A stretch of DNA of 64,000 bases from Hyalangium minutum (lineage in GTDB: Bacteria; Myxococcota; Myxococcia; Myxococcales; Myxococcaceae): assembly GCF_000737315.1 (NCBI RefSeq), contig NZ_JMCB01000013.1:372001-436000 (forward strand), in the 5' to 3' direction. A program made the translations under genes and the position numbers. Below the pieces are notes generated by a model, which did not search any database, was not told the origin of the DNA, and worked only from the letters and a program-made list of their open reading frames with translations. Positions 45,554-57,369 of this stretch are shown here, piece after piece (positions within the stretch are counted from its first letter, which is position 1; each line of letters starts with the position of its first letter).

Positions 45554-46993
45554 TCACTGCGGATGGGGACGGCCCGCGCCCGAGGTGGACGGACGGCCCT
45601 GCTTGCCGGGAAGCACGGGCACGTAGCACGCCTGCTGGTACATCTGGCCGCCAAGGACATCGCACTCCCCGTTGCTCACCTTCGTGCGGGCCCAGCAGCC
45701 TCCGTTGAGCACCACCTGCTGGGGGTGAGGGCAGCGGCCTTTCTTGTCGGGCTGGGCTTGCCCCTCGGAGGGCTCGGGGAGACTCTCCGCCACGGCCCGC
45801 GTGGAGTCGAGCGAAGGAGCTGGCTCCAAGGGAGCGGAGGCCGCCTCCCCGAGCCCTGCGGTGTCCGTCTCGGCCGCTTCCGGCGTGGCGCTCAGGGGCA
45901 CGGCGGGAGCCGCCCGAGGAGGCTCCTCGCCCACCGACTGCGGCGCTTGCTGCACGAGAGCTCCGGCCCACAAGCCCAGGGCACCCGCGGCCACCACGAG
46001 CCAGGGCCGCCACACGGGCTCTGGAGGAGCGCGCCGCGCCCCCATCGCGTCCGCTCGGCCTGCTTCGGGCTGAGGAGCACGCAGGCTCGGGGACGAGGGG
46101 CCGAGCGCCTCCGCGGCCTGCTCCAGCGCGGGGGTCAGCTTGGCCGCGGTGGGGCGCTCCTCGGGGAGAATGGCGAGCATGCGCAGGATCAGCTCGCGCA
46201 GCGGCGGCGCCACCCGGTCGGAGAACAAGGCGCGCGGCAGCTTGAGCGCATCCAGGTGGGCGCGGCCCTGTTCATCCTTCCGAGGCACGCCCATCTCCGG
46301 GTACCTGCCGGTGGCCAGCACGCAGGCAGTGACGCCCAGGGCGAACACATCATCCGCAGGCCCGGCCCGGTATCGCTCTGAGGCCTGGTGTGGCTGCAGG
46401 GTGAAGAGCCAGGCCTCGGGAGAGCGGTACGCGGGAGTGCCCGGAGGCAACTGCTGCGGGGTGAGCGTATCGGCACCGGGGTAGATGCTGGAGCCGAAGT
46501 CCATGAGGAACAGGCGGCAGTCCCAGCGGCGCACCAGGAGGTTGTCGCCCTTGAAGTCGCGGTGGAGCGCGTCCTGGGCATGGAGGTACTGGAGGGTGAG
46601 CGCGGCCTGGGCCAGCAGGCGGAGTTGCTGCTGAGCCGAGGGGCGGAACATGCGGCCCCAGTCGTACAGGGGCACGCCGTCGATCCACTGCATGGCCACG
46701 AAAGGGTGCCGAGCGCCCTCTGGGCTCACCCAGAGGCCAGCGCCCACGAGCCGGGGAATGTGGGGGTGGTGCGAGCGGGACAGCAGCTCCTGCTCTCGGA
46801 GGTAGCGCGGGTCCTCGGGGAGCACGGCGAGCTTGAGGGCCACGGGAGGCAGGTGCTCCCGGCCGATGCGCTCGGCGCGGTAGACGGCGCCGTTGACGCC
46901 CCGTCCGGCCCATTCCAGGACACGGAAGGGGCCCACGGGGGTGCCGGGAGGGAGCGCAGCGGGGTGGAGCGAGGACAGGGAGGAGCTCGACAT
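45554..46993 (-). CDS. Myxobacterial Hanks-type Ser/Thr kinase with TM helix and small Cys-rich extracellular tip
   Basis: GRGVNG, VALK, LHRDFKGDN, DFG, GTPAYRSPE, DVFALG; TM WLVVAAGALGLW; C-terminal CPHP...GGCW...C...CYVP. Confidence 0.92.
   Translation of the reverse strand: MSSSSLSSLHPAALPPGTPVGPFRVLEWAGRGVNGAVYRAERIGREHLPPVALKLAVLPEDPRYLREQELLSRSHHPHIPRLVGAGLWVSPEGARHPFVAMQWIDGVPLYDWGRMFRPSAQQQLRLLAQAALTLQYLHAQDALHRDFKGDNLLVRRWDCRLFLMDFGSSIYPGADTLTPQQLPPGTPAYRSPEAWLFTLQPHQASERYRAGPADDVFALGVTACVLATGRYPEMGVPRKDEQGRAHLDALKLPRALFSDRVAPPLRELILRMLAILPEERPTAAKLTPALEQAAEALGPSSPSLRAPQPEAGRADAMGARRAPPEPVWRPWLVVAAGALGLWAGALVQQAPQSVGEEPPRAAPAVPLSATPEAAETDTAGLGEAASAPLEPAPSLDSTRAVAESLPEPSEGQAQPDKKGRCPHPQQVVLNGGCWARTKVSNGECDVLGGQMYQQACYVPVLPGKQGRPSTSGAGRPHPQ
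46907..46954 (-). repeat. 48-bp direct repeat copy 1 (kinase 5' coding region); copy 2 at 49125-49172
   Basis: ggcccattccaggacacggaaggggcccacgggggtgccgggagggag versus ggcccagtccaggacacggaaggggcccacgagggtgccgggagggag (2 mismatches). Confidence 0.9.
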
Positions 46994-47104
46994 GGGTGCG
47001 CGGCATCCTACCTCAGAGGTAGGTTCCCGTCACCCACCGTGAGGCGCAGGCCGAGGTGAGTCTTCAAGGCGTCACAACACACGGCCTCTACGACTTCATA
47101 TCCA

Positions 47105-48133
47105 TCAAGGGGACCTGGGCCTCGCCAACGTCTTCCGCATCGTCACCGCGCGTGCGTTGCGTATCAGCCTGTCAATCACGAGCTGCGAATGGAAGGTGCT
47201 GATACACACAGTCTTGAGGCCCCTGGCGGGCCGCTTGCCATGAATGATTCCCACCAACCAACGCTCCCCCGATTCGTCTTCCTGAAAGCAGGGCCCGCCA
47301 CTATCACCCTCCTCGATATGGGCCGTGTTCTGCTTGTCAGAAGCATACTCGGTATGTTGCTCGTCGGTCGACGGGAGCTCTTTATACTCCTCCAGATGAA
47401 TGTCCGTGACCTTGGTGGTGCCGAAATGGCGGATAGCTGAGAAGTACTTGCCATTCACCACCGTGCTGCCAAAGCCAACCACGAGGACGTTTTCCCCTTG
47501 CTCAAGCTTGCGCGAAGGGAATTTGTGCGCAATGGGGACTTTGATTTCGTGATTCAGCCGAATCACGGCAAGATCCGCCCGGAAAGACGTGATGGAGCCA
47601 TTTCCATCAATCCCCATCCTGAACTCCTCTGGCAACAACGCAACGCCAGGAAATTCAATGAAATTCGACGAAGAGTCCTGGATGAAGCCGGAGCGCGAAT
47701 TCGTGAGGGTCGGTGTATACTTCAGCACCATGGTGTTCTTGGCGCAGGCTTCCCTGTCGATGACCTTGTCTTTGAGAGCCGTGTCATTGTTCTTCGAGGC
47801 CTCAAACCGGGCATTCTCAACAGCTTGGGCACACAAACAATGGGCTGCGGTCAGGACCAGGTCGCTCTCGATCAGAACGCCCGTGCAATAGGTGACGGCC
47901 GCCACCTTCGCGCCGGGGTGTATGACACGGTTCCCGATCAGCACGACCGCTGGGTACAGATTGTCGTAGTCTGGAGAGCCACGCGACACTGCGAGCTGGA
48001 TTTCAGCGGGCGGCGTTCCCTCTCCTAGCTCTATCCAGGCCTCCGTCCACTTCCCGGAGGCGCACGCACTCACCACCAGCGAGACAGCGGCAAGCCCGGC
48101 CGCCACCATAGGTCGCGACATCCACGAACGCAT
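47105..48133 (-). CDS. Trypsin-like (S1) serine protease lipoprotein with intact triad
   Basis: VSAC lipobox; LTAAHC, ADLAV, GDSGGP. Confidence 0.9.
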   Translation of the reverse strand: MRSWMSRPMVAAGLAAVSLVVSACASGKWTEAWIELGEGTPPAEIQLAVSRGSPDYDNLYPAVVLIGNRVIHPGAKVAAVTYCTGVLIESDLVLTAAHCLCAQAVENARFEASKNNDTALKDKVIDREACAKNTMVLKYTPTLTNSRSGFIQDSSSNFIEFPGVALLPEEFRMGIDGNGSITSFRADLAVIRLNHEIKVPIAHKFPSRKLEQGENVLVVGFGSTVVNGKYFSAIRHFGTTKVTDIHLEEYKELPSTDEQHTEYASDKQNTAHIEEGDSGGPCFQEDESGERWLVGIIHGKRPARGLKTVCISTFHSQLVIDRLIRNARAVTMRKTLARPRSP

Positions 48134-48142
48134 ACACCCCTC

Positions 48143-49048
48143 CTACTGAGCTGCGCGCCGGATCTCCGACCGTATCCAATCGCCAAAGAAGACGGTGCTC
48201 ATCAACGGTAATTCTTTCTCCGTTCCGGCACTGGCAATGCCGACGAGCTTGCGGTCATTTCCCTCTTCGCGAAAGCAGGGCCCCCCATCGAAACCGTTGT
48301 AGGTAAAGGGGCCTTGCTGCTCATAGATGAACCTGCCATTGGACGGCTCTTGAGGGGTGACAACCTTGTTGGTCCGGTAATACCGGGCCCCATAGAGCCC
48401 TCCCTTGTCTTTGTCGTATCCAAAGCCGGCCATGACAAGGGGTTCACCTGTCTGAACTTCCATCTCCGCGAGGCTGGCGATGGGAGTTCCGGGCTTTATG
48501 GGCTCATCGAGGCGGATGACCGCGAGATTCGCATGGGCTGACAAGACCGCCCCACTGGCGTCAAAAACAAGTTGCAGCTCAGGGTGGGGGTGAATTGTCC
48601 CGGGGTATACGTGCACTTTGACATCCGCGATCAAGGTACTTCCCACCGGCCCTTGGAAGACTGTCATCGCGTTGATGGTCCCATGACATGTCGAGCGATT
48701 GATGCTTCGTGTGTTCGCCGTGGGTTTGCAAACGCAATGGCCTGCGGTCAGGACCAGATTCGGGCTGACGATGACGCCGCTGCATTCCGCCAGTTCCAAA
48801 GGGCCCTTGGCTGTGACCATGACGGTGGATGCGTACGTGTTCTCGGAATCCCTCGTGCCTGCATCCTGGAGAGGCCTGCTATCGGCTGGCGCGATCGTGA
48901 TGGCTTCGAGTCCACCATCGCGTGGCTGCGGAGGTTCCGGAGGGGGGCGCTCGCTCGCTTTGGGGGGCTGCCCGAGACCCTGGTAATACACGGTGCCTGC
49001 GACAGTGAGCGTGAGGACTCCAAGAATCAGCCATCGGGTTCTGTTCAT
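48143..49048 (-). CDS. Trypsin-like pseudoprotease with N-terminal membrane anchor
   Basis: Start MNRTRWLILGVLTLTVAG at 49048; LTAGHC retained, ANLAV (Asp to Asn), GFDGGP (catalytic Ser absent). Confidence 0.85.
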   Translation of the reverse strand: MNRTRWLILGVLTLTVAGTVYYQGLGQPPKASERPPPEPPQPRDGGLEAITIAPADSRPLQDAGTRDSENTYASTVMVTAKGPLELAECSGVIVSPNLVLTAGHCVCKPTANTRSINRSTCHGTINAMTVFQGPVGSTLIADVKVHVYPGTIHPHPELQLVFDASGAVLSAHANLAVIRLDEPIKPGTPIASLAEMEVQTGEPLVMAGFGYDKDKGGLYGARYYRTNKVVTPQEPSNGRFIYEQQGPFTYNGFDGGPCFREEGNDRKLVGIASAGTEKELPLMSTVFFGDWIRSEIRRAAQ

Positions 49049-49124
49049 GAAGAATCCTATCGAGGAACTCCTCGCCCAGAGGATAGGCCCTCCAAACCCG
49101 CCCAGGTCAAGGAAGGTTGGGACG

Positions 49125-49310
49125 GGCCCAGTCCAGGACACGGAAGGGGCCCACGAGGGTGCCGGGAGGGAGGGTCCTCCGTCAGCAGGGCCACCTTGAG
49201 GGCCACGGGAGGCAGGTGCCCCTGGCTGATGCGGACGGCTCGGTAGACTGCACCATGGACGCTGCGGTTGACCCAGTCCACCACGCGCCAGGGGCCTACG
49301 GTAGACTGCG
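49125..49310 (-). pseudogene. Two fused 5' fragments of Ser/Thr kinase paralogues
   Basis: Fragment A VGPWRVVDWVNRSVHGAVYRAVRISQGHLPPVALKVALLTEDP; fragment B in another frame PPGTLVGPFRVLDW. Both match the N-terminus of the 45554-46993 kinase. Confidence 0.85.
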
Positions 49311-49316
49311 GGCTCC

Positions 49317-49868
49317 ATGAGCCAGACGATCTACGACATCCCCGTGAAGTCTATCGGCGGTGCCCCACTCACGCTGGATGCGTACAAGGGCAAGGTGCTG
49401 CTGGTGGTGAACGTGGCCTCCAAGTGTGGGCTCACGCCTCAGTATGAAGGACTGGAGAAGCTCTACGAGGGTCAGAGCGAGAAGGGACTGGAGGTGCTGG
49501 GCTTCCCGGCCAACAACTTCCTCGGCCAAGAGCCGGGCTCCGATGAGGAGATCCAGCAGTTCTGCAAGCTGACCTACGACGTGAAGTTCCCGCTCTTCTC
49601 CAAGATCTCCGTGGTGGGCGTCGATCAGCATCCGCTCTACGCGCGACTCACCCACTCGTTGCCGGCCGCCACGGGTGAAGGGCCGATGCGGGCGAAATTG
49701 AAGAACTACGGCCTCAAGCCCAACCCAGTGCCGGACGTGCTCTGGAACTTCGAAAAGTTCCTGATCAGCCGGGACGGCCGCGTGGTGGGCCGCTTCGCTC
49801 CGGATGTCACGGCGGACGATCCGCGCCTGACTCAGGCGATCGATGCGGAGTTGGCCAAGTCGGCCTGA
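49317..49868 (+). CDS. Glutathione peroxidase (Cys type, BtuE-like)
   Basis: VNVASKCGLTPQY, LGFPANNFLGQEPG, WNFEKFLI. Confidence 0.95.
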   Translation: MSQTIYDIPVKSIGGAPLTLDAYKGKVLLVVNVASKCGLTPQYEGLEKLYEGQSEKGLEVLGFPANNFLGQEPGSDEEIQQFCKLTYDVKFPLFSKISVVGVDQHPLYARLTHSLPAATGEGPMRAKLKNYGLKPNPVPDVLWNFEKFLISRDGRVVGRFAPDVTADDPRLTQAIDAELAKSA

Positions 49869-49880
49869 GTCGGCCCTTCG

Positions 49881-50357
49881 ATGCCGTCGCATCAGCGGAA
49901 GAACCCGAAGAGGACACGTTCTGCCCGAGGCTTGACCCAGGCAGATGTCCGCGAGCTGGCCCTGGCCCTACCTGCCGTGGAGGAGCGGACCTCCTACGGC
50001 ACGCCGGGCTTCCGGGTGAGTGACAAGCTCTTCGCGCGGGTGCTCGATGAAGAGTCAATCGTCATCAAGGTGGAGTTCGATCACCGGGAGGCCTTGCTTC
50101 AGGCCCACCCGGATAGCTTCGAGGTGACGCCGCACTACCAGGACTACCCGATGGTGATCGTGCGGCTCGGCGCGGTGAAGCGCGAGTTGATGCGCGCGCT
50201 CCTCAAGGAAGCCTGGCGCATGTGCGCCTCGCCCAGGCTGCTCAAGGCCCAGGCGACTCCGGAGTCCGCTTCCCTCACTTCTGGATCGAGGCGGGGTCCA
50301 TCCACACCACCTCCCAGTGGTGCCCGTCGAGGTCGTAGAAGCTCCAGCCGTACATGA
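49881..50357 (+). CDS. MmcQ/YjbR family protein
   Basis: LALALPAVEERTSYGTPGFRVSDKLFAR, PHYQDYPMVIVRL. Confidence 0.85.
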   Translation: MPSHQRKNPKRTRSARGLTQADVRELALALPAVEERTSYGTPGFRVSDKLFARVLDEESIVIKVEFDHREALLQAHPDSFEVTPHYQDYPMVIVRLGAVKRELMRALLKEAWRMCASPRLLKAQATPESASLTSGSRRGPSTPPPSGARRGRRSSSRT

Positions 50358-50691
50358 AGCCGTGGTCGATCGGGTCGGCCGCGTGCTTTCCGCCCGCAGC
50401 GATCGCCTTCTTGACGACCTCGTCCACGTCGGCGCGGCTGTTGGCCGAGAGCGCGAAGATGCCCCCGGTGGAGGTGCGGGCATCGGAGAGCGGCTTCCGC
50501 GCGAAGTCCTTGAAGCGCGCCTCAGTGAGGAGCATCACGTAGGCCTCCTCGCTGAGGATCATGCTGGTGGCGGTGTCGTCGGTGAACTGCGCGTTGAACC
50601 CGAACCCGAGCTGGGTAAAGAACTCGATCGACTTCTTCAGGTCCTTGACGGGCAGGTTGACGAAGATCTTGCAGGTACGGTTCGCAGCCAT
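50275..50691 (-). CDS. VOC/glyoxalase family protein
   Basis: IFVNLPVKDLKKSIEFF, MYGWSFYDLDGHHWEV. Confidence 0.92.
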   Translation of the reverse strand: MAANRTCKIFVNLPVKDLKKSIEFFTQLGFGFNAQFTDDTATSMILSEEAYVMLLTEARFKDFARKPLSDARTSTGGIFALSANSRADVDEVVKKAIAAGGKHAADPIDHGFMYGWSFYDLDGHHWEVVWMDPASIQK

Positions 50692-50747
50692 GGGTGCCTC
50701 CATCGGAAGGGGTTTGTCCTACTAGAGACGGCCAGGGGCGCGAGAAC

Positions 50748-51734
50748 TCATCGGTCGCCCTGAAAAAAAGAATCCCCATCGATAGGGGCAAGCTCCAGCG
50801 GAAGACCGAAGAGCGGGAAGAGCGCCTGGGTGTCCAGGAACGAGTTCATGGCGGCGATCCGGTCACCCTCGAGCTCCAGCACGATGAGCGCCCACGCCTG
50901 GTGGCGGCCCCCGGGGACACTGGGCGGCCGGTACTGGCCGAAGGCGGGCGAGCCGCAGGCCGAGGTGGGGATCAGCCTGGACCCGCGGCAGCCTGAGCCT
51001 CTCCCCAACAGCCAGTCCCGAATCGGCTGGTGGCCCTGGAGCCACAGCGCGTAGGGCGGCATCGACAAGGTTGCTTCCTGGTGGAGCAGCGTGGTGAGTG
51101 CGTCCACGTCGTACCGCTCGAAGGCCTCGACGTAGCGGTTCACCAGTGTGGCCTGCGAGTCGGACAACGGCGCGCGGGACTGGGTGAGGTCGCGAGTGGA
51201 GAGCGTCGCCCGGGCCCGCTGGAGCGCGCTGTTGACCGCAGCGACCGACATCTCGAGGCTGTCGGCGGCCTCAGCGGCGGACCAGCCGAGGACCTCGGTC
51301 AGGAGCAGCACCGCGCGCTGCCGGGGAGGGAGGTGCTGGAGCGCCGCCACGAACGCGAGGCGGATGCTCTGGCGCAGCATCACGAGCTCGGACGGATCGG
51401 CGTCCGAAGGCAGGGCTCTCGCATCGGGGATGGGCTCAATCCAGTGAGAGCCGGGCAGGGAGGTGAGCGTGTCCTCGACGGTGCCGACGGGGCCGAGCTC
51501 CATGGGGCGTACCCGCCGCGAGCGGTCATTCAGCGCGTCCAGGCACACGCGCGTGGCAATGCTGTAGAGCCAGGTGCGCATGGAAGAGCGCTCCTCGAAG
51601 CGGTCGAGGTTGCGCCAGGCCCGGACCAGGGTCTCCTGAACGGCGTCATCGGCTTCGGCAGCCGAGCCCAGCATGCGGTAGCAGTGGCCGGTCAGCGCGG
51701 CGCGGTGTTCCTCGAAGGATGCGGCGGTAGCCAT
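50748..51734 (-). CDS. ECF sigma factor with C-terminal SnoaL-like extension
   Basis: [43 protein letters not shown]-terminal MPP..W..G motif; likely start MATAASF at 51734. Confidence 0.9.
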   Translation of the reverse strand: MATAASFEEHRAALTGHCYRMLGSAAEADDAVQETLVRAWRNLDRFEERSSMRTWLYSIATRVCLDALNDRSRRVRPMELGPVGTVEDTLTSLPGSHWIEPIPDARALPSDADPSELVMLRQSIRLAFVAALQHLPPRQRAVLLLTEVLGWSAAEAADSLEMSVAAVNSALQRARATLSTRDLTQSRAPLSDSQATLVNRYVEAFERYDVDALTTLLHQEATLSMPPYALWLQGHQPIRDWLLGRGSGCRGSRLIPTSACGSPAFGQYRPPSVPGGRHQAWALIVLELEGDRIAAMNSFLDTQALFPLFGLPLELAPIDGDSFFQGDR

Positions 51735-51876
51735 CGCGCTGAGATCTATCAGGTCCCACCTCTTGAGTAGGGACATTGAGGAGGGACAGAGCAGCTCGGC
51801 TGCCTGCCTGGCGGGGCAGCAGCGGGTGGGACTTCCACCCCTACCGTCCACCAAGGAGACGTCCCATCGTTTGGCC

Positions 51877-53052
51877 ATGGCCTCCGCTCAAGTAGCCCGT
51901 CGTGTGTTCATCGGGCTCATCCTCCTGTCCATCGCCCTGGTGTTGCTGATTATCTCGCCTTTCTTCGAGGCGTTCTTCCTGGCAGCGGTGCTGGCCGGAG
52001 CGTTTCACGGGCTGCAGAAGCGGCTGACGCGGCGGCTGCGAGGGCGAAGCGGACTGTCGGCGGGACTCATCTGCGTGGGCTTCGTCCTGGCGCTGCTGGT
52101 GCCGCTGGCCGCGCTGACGACCTTCCTGGTGTCTCAGATCCTCGAAGGGGTGAACTTCATCAACAACCTGGTGCAGCAGCGGGGGTTGGCGGGGCTGCTG
52201 ACGTACGTCCCTGGCCCCTTCAAGGACTCCGCGGCGCGGATGCTCGAGAGCTTCCAGTCAAACAGCGCGGGGATGTGGGCGACGCTGCAGGCGCATCTGA
52301 GCTCCCGCGGAGCGGTGGCGGCGCAGACGGTGGGCGGACTGGTGGCGGCGACGGGCTCGCTGATCTTCCAGACGGTGATGATGCTCATCGCGCTCTACTT
52401 CCTGCTGGTCGACGGCAGCCGGCTCGTGGAGTGGATGGAGAGCGTGTCGCCGCTTAAGCGAGGCCAGACAACGGAGCTGCTGTTGGAGTTCCGCAGCGTC
52501 ACGCGCTCGGTGCTGGTGTCTACCTTGGCCACGGCGGGCGTGCAGGCGGTGGCGGCGCTGGCGGGCTACCTCATCACCGGGGTGCCTGTGCCCATCTTCT
52601 TCGCGGCGGTCACGTTCTTCTTCGCGCTCATTCCGGCGGTGGGAGCCGCGACGGTGTGCGTGGCCGCAGCGCTGCTGTTGCTGGCCACGGGCCATCCGGT
52701 GGGGGCCGTCTTCCTGGCGGCCTGGGGCATCATCGTGGTGGGCCTCTCGGACAACGTCATCAAGCCGCTGCTCGTGAGGCGCGGCCTGCATATGCACGGC
52801 GCCCTCATCTTCTTCGCGCTGCTGGGAGGCCTGGCGGTCTTCGGTCCGATCGGCCTGCTGCTGGGGCCGCTCTGTGTGGCCTTCTTCCTGTCCGTGCTGC
52901 GCATCTACGAGCGCGATTTCGGGCGGCCCTCGCCCCGTCCGGGGGATCCGGCGACTCCGCCGCTGAACCCGCCCACGGTGGGGGAGGGCGAGGAGTGGGA
53001 GCCCTCGGGGCTCCACCTGGATGAGGACTCGCGGGATCGGCACCCCCACTGA
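51877..53052 (+). CDS. AI-2E family (PerM-like) transporter
   Basis: Multiple TM helices, [22 protein letters not shown]. Confidence 0.9.
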   Translation: MASAQVARRVFIGLILLSIALVLLIISPFFEAFFLAAVLAGAFHGLQKRLTRRLRGRSGLSAGLICVGFVLALLVPLAALTTFLVSQILEGVNFINNLVQQRGLAGLLTYVPGPFKDSAARMLESFQSNSAGMWATLQAHLSSRGAVAAQTVGGLVAATGSLIFQTVMMLIALYFLLVDGSRLVEWMESVSPLKRGQTTELLLEFRSVTRSVLVSTLATAGVQAVAALAGYLITGVPVPIFFAAVTFFFALIPAVGAATVCVAAALLLLATGHPVGAVFLAAWGIIVVGLSDNVIKPLLVRRGLHMHGALIFFALLGGLAVFGPIGLLLGPLCVAFFLSVLRIYERDFGRPSPRPGDPATPPLNPPTVGEGEEWEPSGLHLDEDSRDRHPH

Positions 53053-53073
53053 GCTCAGGGCCGAGGTGAAAAG

Positions 53074-53115
53074 CGGAAGGGCCTCCGAGTTCACGGCACT
53101 CGGAGGCTTTTTCCG
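53074..53115 (+). terminator. Intrinsic terminator
   Basis: GGGCCTCCGAGT-tcacggc-ACTCGGAGGCTT followed by a T-run. Confidence 0.75.
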
Positions 53116-53134
53116 TTAACGTTGTTTTCGAGCC

Positions 53135-53893
53135 ATGAGTCACTCGCTGCCTGTCACCAAGCCCTCACAGACCCCTGCAGTGCTGTTCGACCGCGGCTAT
53201 GCCGTCCTGAGCCGAGAGGGGCTGTGCGAGCTGGTGGGCGCCCCGGCTGCCGAGCTCGATGCCCTGAAGCCGACCTGGAACGAGCTGCCACCGGACACGT
53301 ACCTGCGGGACGGCGGTCACTACCGCTCGCGCCGGCACTCGTGCTTCATCGTCGAGGGCGAGAAGGTGACCCAGGTGCCGCACCGGGCGCACTGGCAGCC
53401 AGTGGAATACAACGCGCTGCACGGAGGTCTGGAGCGCTGGTTCGAGCCGATGACGCCGGCCGTGATCGGTCAGCCGGTCTGGCCGCAGCTGCTGCGAGGG
53501 CTCGCCGCGTGCTGCTCCACGTTGAAGGGGGCTCAGCCCTGGTACGTCGAGGCACACCAGTTCCGCATCGACACGACGGACGGGATTGGCCGGCCGACGC
53601 CGGAGGGGGCCCATCGCGATGGCGTGGACTTCGTGGCGGTGCTGCTCGTCGGGCGAGAGGGCATCAAGGGCGGTGAGACGCGGGTATTCGAGGCCAACGG
53701 TCCTCACGGTATCCGCTTCACGCTGACCGAGGCCTGGTCCGCGTTGCTGCTCGATGACGAGCGGGTGATCCACGAGAGCACGCCGATCCAGCCGCTGGCC
53801 GAGCTGGGACACCGGGACACGCTGGTGCTGACGTTCCGCGCGAAGGGATTCCAGGGGCCTGCCCATCCTTCGCCGGAGCCGCCGCATCGATGA
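53135..53893 (+). CDS. 2OG-Fe(II) dioxygenase family protein
   Basis: HQFRI, PTPEGAHRDG (HxD), distal VIHE and RDTLV. Confidence 0.85.
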   Translation: MSHSLPVTKPSQTPAVLFDRGYAVLSREGLCELVGAPAAELDALKPTWNELPPDTYLRDGGHYRSRRHSCFIVEGEKVTQVPHRAHWQPVEYNALHGGLERWFEPMTPAVIGQPVWPQLLRGLAACCSTLKGAQPWYVEAHQFRIDTTDGIGRPTPEGAHRDGVDFVAVLLVGREGIKGGETRVFEANGPHGIRFTLTEAWSALLLDDERVIHESTPIQPLAELGHRDTLVLTFRAKGFQGPAHPSPEPPHR

Positions 53894-53945
53894 CTGCTGA
53901 AAAGGAAGAGGCCCCGAGAGCTGTGGCTCCCGGGGCCCGGTCTTC

Positions 53946-56051
<2,106 letters not shown>

Positions 56052-56294
56052 AAAGGTTTCCCGATCCCGCCGGGTAGAGCCACCCGCGGGTCCAAAGACA
56101 GACACTGGTTGATAAGGAATGGCGCCGCGGACAGACGGGTGCGCACACGGGGGGCCAGAGAGCGGCCCTCAGCAGGGCGCACTCAGGTCAGCGCGAGGAC
56201 ACACGAAGTCCGAGACCGATCAGAGGCGGAACCGAGCCCGCTCGGCGCACGGGAACCAGCCAACCCGCGAGCCAGGGGACACCGGTCCGCCTGA

Positions 56295-56399
56295 TCAAAT
56301 GTCGAGCAGCACCTTGTTGCGGGAGCCGAGACGCACGTCAGCCATCGGCGCGAGCACGCGCACGGACGGCACACCCAGGATGGTGGAGACGGGCCTCAT
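56295..56399 (-). pseudogene. 34-codon coding-like fragment, unidentified (gene 3' remnant or small ORF)
   Basis: MRPVSTILGVPSVRVLAPMADVRLGSRNKVLLDI*, mostly G/C third positions; below the ORF-track cutoff. Confidence 0.35.
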
Positions 56400-56432
56400 G
56401 ACCCAGTCATATTAAACACGCGTCTGTATTTG

Positions 56433-57317
56433 TCAATCGGGCCTGGCGGTCTCGGAAGGCAGCAGCGCCAGGAGGTTGGCCTGGATGACGCCACAGATGC
56501 GATCGAGCGGCAGATCGTTCTCGTCGGTGCCGAAGGGATCCTCGATCTCCACGCCGATCTCCTCGATGCCGAAGAAGACATAGGAGAGGAAGAAGGTGGC
56601 CACCACCGCGCCCCAGCCGAAGCTCTCCACCAGCGCGAACGGCAGCGAGCCGCAGTAGATGACGAGCGCGCGGCGCAGGTGCACCATGTATGCGAAGGGC
56701 ATGGGCGTCTTGTGGATGCGCTCGCACCCGCCCAGGTAGTCGATGAGTTGCTGGACGTTCTGATCCAGCGCCATCTGCGTGTACTCGTTGTAGTGGCCCC
56801 GGCGGCGGCCTTCGGAAAGGGCCTCGCTCATCCGTTGGGACACCGCGAGCGCAACGTGTTGGGCAGTGCCCGCCTGCCGCACCTCCTCTGGTGGGAGCTG
56901 GGCGGTGACCGGGCCGAGGTCCTTGTCACCTCGCAGCCCCGAGGCCGCGGCATAGGGGAACACCACGGTCCACTGCACGAGCGTCCGGTAGAGCGCCGGG
57001 TCTCGCTCGCGGAGGAAGACGCTCGAGGCGCGCGCCAGGTTACGCGTCTCGTTGACGATGCCGCCCCAGAGCTTCCGGCCCTCCCAGAAGCGGTCATAGG
57101 AGGAGTTGGTCCGGAACACCAGCAGCAGGCCGAGCGCCACGCCCACCAGGCCATGCATGATGTTGGGGATGCCGATAGGCTGGACGTGGTGGTGGAAGGC
57201 CACGACCCCTGTCGCCCACAGGGTGACGACAAGCAGCCGTCCGACGATTTCGCGGACCATCGACCCCTTCAGGTCGAAGAAGTGATGTCCCCACTGATGC
57301 GGATCGTAGTCAATCAT
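56433..57317 (-). CDS. Bestrophin family ion channel
   Basis: LLLVFRTNSSYDRFWEGRKLWG, CERIHKTPMPFAY, EIEDPFG. Confidence 0.93.
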   Translation of the reverse strand: MIDYDPHQWGHHFFDLKGSMVREIVGRLLVVTLWATGVVAFHHHVQPIGIPNIMHGLVGVALGLLLVFRTNSSYDRFWEGRKLWGGIVNETRNLARASSVFLRERDPALYRTLVQWTVVFPYAAASGLRGDKDLGPVTAQLPPEEVRQAGTAQHVALAVSQRMSEALSEGRRRGHYNEYTQMALDQNVQQLIDYLGGCERIHKTPMPFAYMVHLRRALVIYCGSLPFALVESFGWGAVVATFFLSYVFFGIEEIGVEIEDPFGTDENDLPLDRICGVIQANLLALLPSETARPD

Positions 57318-57369
57318 CGCAGCAGGCCTTCTGGATCAGCCCGGGCCTCTGCGCAACGGACTTCTGCAA

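Noticed and set aside
36574-49320. Classical tRNA-Leu-integrated island with attR and integrase
   Set aside because: I found no second copy of the tRNA 3' end and no tyrosine or serine recombinase ORF (scan by eye, so a short degenerate att could be missed).
49317-49868. Selenoprotein glutathione peroxidase
   Set aside because: The active site is Cys (ASKCG); no in-frame TGA.
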